Of a stretch of 44,592 nucleotides of DNA, positions 42,552 through 44,592 are shown one piece after another. Under the pieces are notes generated by a model that was not told the origin of the DNA, searched no databases, and was given only the letters and a program-made list of their open reading frames with translations. Source of the stretch: Treponema sp. (GTDB lineage Bacteria; Spirochaetota; Spirochaetia; Treponematales; Breznakiellaceae); the NCBI GenBank assembly GCA_009780285.1, contig WRAL01000001.1, positions 1 through 44,592 of the forward strand, given 5' to 3'. Both the position numbers and the translations under genes were made by a program. The number at the start of each line of letters is the position of its first letter. Within the stretch, counting starts at the first letter, position 1.

Positions 42552-43655
42552 ATGAAAGAGAGGCTTAAAGAGTTGCGGAAGCGCCTTGGCCTGACGCAGG
42601 GCGAATTCGGCGAGCGGCTGGGCGTGTCCGACGTCGCCATTTCGTACATGGAATCCGGAAAAACCGCGATCAACAGGAAAAATCTCTACCTTATATGCGC
42701 GACGTTCGACGTAAACGAGGATTGGCTCCGGGACGGGACGGGAGAAATATTTAAGGAAGGCGTAAAAAAGGATGATTTATTAGCTATATTAGGGGAAAAT
42801 ATAGCGGGGATGTCGAAAATTGCCCAAGAAATGCTTGTGGAATACTCTATAAAACTGCTGGCCGACGAGGGCGCTTTGGAAGCCGCGATACTCAGCAGAA
42901 TATGGGGAATGAGGATGAAAGGGGCAGACCCGGCCGAGGAGTACTGGGATCAAGAAAACCGCCGATGGATAACAGAGACGGAGCGGCCAATAGCGGATGC
43001 CAGCCCATCGGGAAGCGATCCGCGCCCTGACTTTGATTTCAAGAGGATACTTGATTCGGATTCCGACCTAAAGCTGAGGGCCATGCAGGAATGGCGCGGG
43101 GTAAGACGCAAGTACGAAAAGCCCCTAAAAACGAAGGCCCCGGACCCGGAAAGCCCCGGACCCGACGCCGCCGAGTCGCCGGCCTCGCACACCGCCGAGG
43201 CCGCGCCGCCCTACGGGGAGAGGCGGCCTGGCGGCGCTATTATCCTTGATTGGGAAATGGCAATGATCCCTCATATAGGAAAAATCGCCGCCGGCGAAAT
43301 GATCGAGCTTTACGGGGAGCCTGACAGTTGGACTCCCTTCCCCAAAAATTTACTTCGAGGCAATCTAATGGACTACTTTACCGCCGAAATCAAAGGCGCG
43401 TCGATGACCGAGGCCGGCATACGCGACGGAGACCGCGTGGTGCTGCGCAAGGCCGAGGCCCCTATCAACGGAAGCATCATGCTCGTAACCCACGCCGACG
43501 AAACCGCGCTTAAACGGATCAAGATCAAGGAAAAAAAGCGCGGGATCGAGGTTCACATCCAATGGGAGGACGGCAGCGGCCGGTCAAAGCTGCTCGACGA
43601 CGAGGAGTACGAAATCCACGGGGAACTGCACTCGATTCTTTCGTTGCCCTCTTGA
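42552..43655 (+). CDS. CI/LexA-like repressor (XRE HTH + S24 peptidase)
   Basis: N-terminal HTH; IAAG cleavage site, GASM catalytic Ser, LKR catalytic Lys. Confidence 0.9.
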   Translation: MKERLKELRKRLGLTQGEFGERLGVSDVAISYMESGKTAINRKNLYLICATFDVNEDWLRDGTGEIFKEGVKKDDLLAILGENIAGMSKIAQEMLVEYSIKLLADEGALEAAILSRIWGMRMKGADPAEEYWDQENRRWITETERPIADASPSGSDPRPDFDFKRILDSDSDLKLRAMQEWRGVRRKYEKPLKTKAPDPESPGPDAAESPASHTAEAAPPYGERRPGGAIILDWEMAMIPHIGKIAAGEMIELYGEPDSWTPFPKNLLRGNLMDYFTAEIKGASMTEAGIRDGDRVVLRKAEAPINGSIMLVTHADETALKRIKIKEKKRGIEVHIQWEDGSGRSKLLDDEEYEIHGELHSILSLPS

Positions 43656-43680
43656 CGCACGTATAAAAAGCACGTATAAT
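43652..43680 (+). promoter_or_regulatory. hicAB promoter
   Basis: TTGACG-17 nt-TATAAT; GCACGTATAA twice. Confidence 0.8.
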
Positions 43681-43686
43681 TAAGAT

Positions 43687-43881
43687 ATGACGGCTAGGGA
43701 AGTTCTGAAGCTCCTCAAAAAAGACGGGTGGTACGTACTGGAGCAGCACGGCTCCCACATTCAAATGAAGCATCGCGCAAAGAAAGGGAAAGTCAGCGTC
43801 CCGAATCACCTGGGCGATATTCCCTTGGGCACCTTGCGGAGCGTTCTTGCCCAGGCCGGCTTAAAGCAGGAGAAAAAATGA
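43687..43881 (+). CDS. hicA: HicA toxin
   Basis: GW....Q.GSH.Q.KH....G.V.VP.H..DIP.GTL.S. Confidence 0.93.
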   Translation: MTAREVLKLLKKDGWYVLEQHGSHIQMKHRAKKGKVSVPNHLGDIPLGTLRSVLAQAGLKQEKK

Positions 43882-44273
43882 AGAAATTTACCTACTTGGC
43901 CGTTTTCGAGAAAAGCGAAACGGGATTCGGCGTCTACTTCCCGGACGTTCCGGGATGCATCTCGTGCGGCGACGATTTCGATCACGCCTTGCGCATGGCG
44001 AAGGAGGCTCTCGGGCTTCATCTTTACGGCATGGAAAGGGACGGCGACTCGATGCCCGAGCGGACGGACGCGATGCCCGAAATCGGGCCGGGCGACCTTG
44101 CCGTCTCGGTATCGGTTTACCCCGATCTGGTAAGGGAAGAGATTCGCAGCCGCCGGGAAAAAACCACGATCACGATCCCCCGCTGGCTCAAGATCGAGGC
44201 CGAGGCGGAGGGGCTGAACTTTTCCCGCCTCTTGGAGGCCGCGCTAAAGGAGCGCCTCGGCATCGCGTCGTGA
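43878..44273 (+). CDS. hicB: HicB antitoxin
   Basis: V.FPDVPGC.SCG...A..MA.EAL; C-terminal TITIPRWL...LNFS..L; ATG 43878. Confidence 0.93.
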   Translation: MKKFTYLAVFEKSETGFGVYFPDVPGCISCGDDFDHALRMAKEALGLHLYGMERDGDSMPERTDAMPEIGPGDLAVSVSVYPDLVREEIRSRREKTTITIPRWLKIEAEAEGLNFSRLLEAALKERLGIAS

Positions 44274-44334
44274 GGGCAGCCGCCGCGCTTTGGCGCTATT
44301 GCCGGACGGCGTTCGCCTTCTTTGGCCGGGGCCG

Positions 44335-44592
44335 ATCGTGCGCTTATCGTGCGCTTATAATTCAGGGATTGACACGATAGGGAAAATATGGACATAATTC
44401 AAAGCACCTAAATCATTGCAGGGTAAGCATTTACATGTGGGGCAAGGAATTAGCGAAATCGGTTCGGTTGACTGAAAATCTGCGTGTCTGGGGTTCAATT
44501 CCCCGAGGTGGCATAGCTAAATCGTTGCCTGGCAATGATTTAGCATCGCAGAAAACCGAAGATTCGTTAAGACGGGCAGCATCGTGCGCTTA
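44335..44592 (+). other. att site (attP-like) with tRNA-Phe 3' fragment core
   Basis: GACTGAAAATC...GGGGTTCAATTCCCCGAGGTGGCA (44470-44513) lacks a tRNA 5' half; ATCGTGCGCTTA at 44335, 44346 and 44581. Confidence 0.7.

Larger units (their letters stand above)
4169..44592. mobile_element. Temperate myovirus-like phage genome (left boundary not determined)
   Basis: Co-oriented tape measure, sheath, tube, portal, terminase, replication, recombination and immunity genes; att-like site at the right end. Confidence 0.93.

Noticed and set aside
44440-44516. Intact tRNA-Phe gene
   Set aside because: No D arm or 5' acceptor strand upstream of the anticodon loop

Overview
Most of this window (about 4.2-44.6 kb) is a GC-rich temperate myovirus-type phage genome, nearly all on the minus strand. 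Read right to left it carries: a tRNA-Phe-3'-fragment att site with arm-like repeats on both sides (attP-like; no integrase in the window); hicAB; a CI/LexA-like repressor and two more XRE regulators; decayed antirepressor-like genes; Xis-like and VRR-NUC genes; a YqaJ/AAA/DnaQ-like/RecT recombination module; a tRNA-Glu; about 20 small, often Cys-rich, coupled genes; three DNA methyltransferases; a replication initiator; BRO; a PBECR3 protein; TerS, TerL, portal and a MuF fusion; then neck, sheath, tube, chaperone and tape measure. No major capsid or prohead protease gene lies where expected, and no baseplate or fibre genes are in the window. The left 4 kb is mixed-orientation cargo. The most interesting signals are non-coding. 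(1) Both predicted BECR/polyvalent nuclease-domain genes contain an antisense sigma70-type promoter followed by a compact multi-branched RNA, one a 73-nt cloverleaf. (2) Three XRE genes each face a divergent promoter plus leader with a shared AACCTTG and a kissing-loop/pseudoknot terminator. (3) A UCC-UUU-CGC +1 frameshift candidate sits in the tail chaperone. (4) An M.EcoHK31I-like two-frame C5 methyltransferase is broken by a 5-nt insertion. (5) A palindromic repeat is inserted in frame in the MuF gene. All family calls come from motif recognition by eye; no database search was run. The host cannot be determined; a spirochete is only a weak guess.
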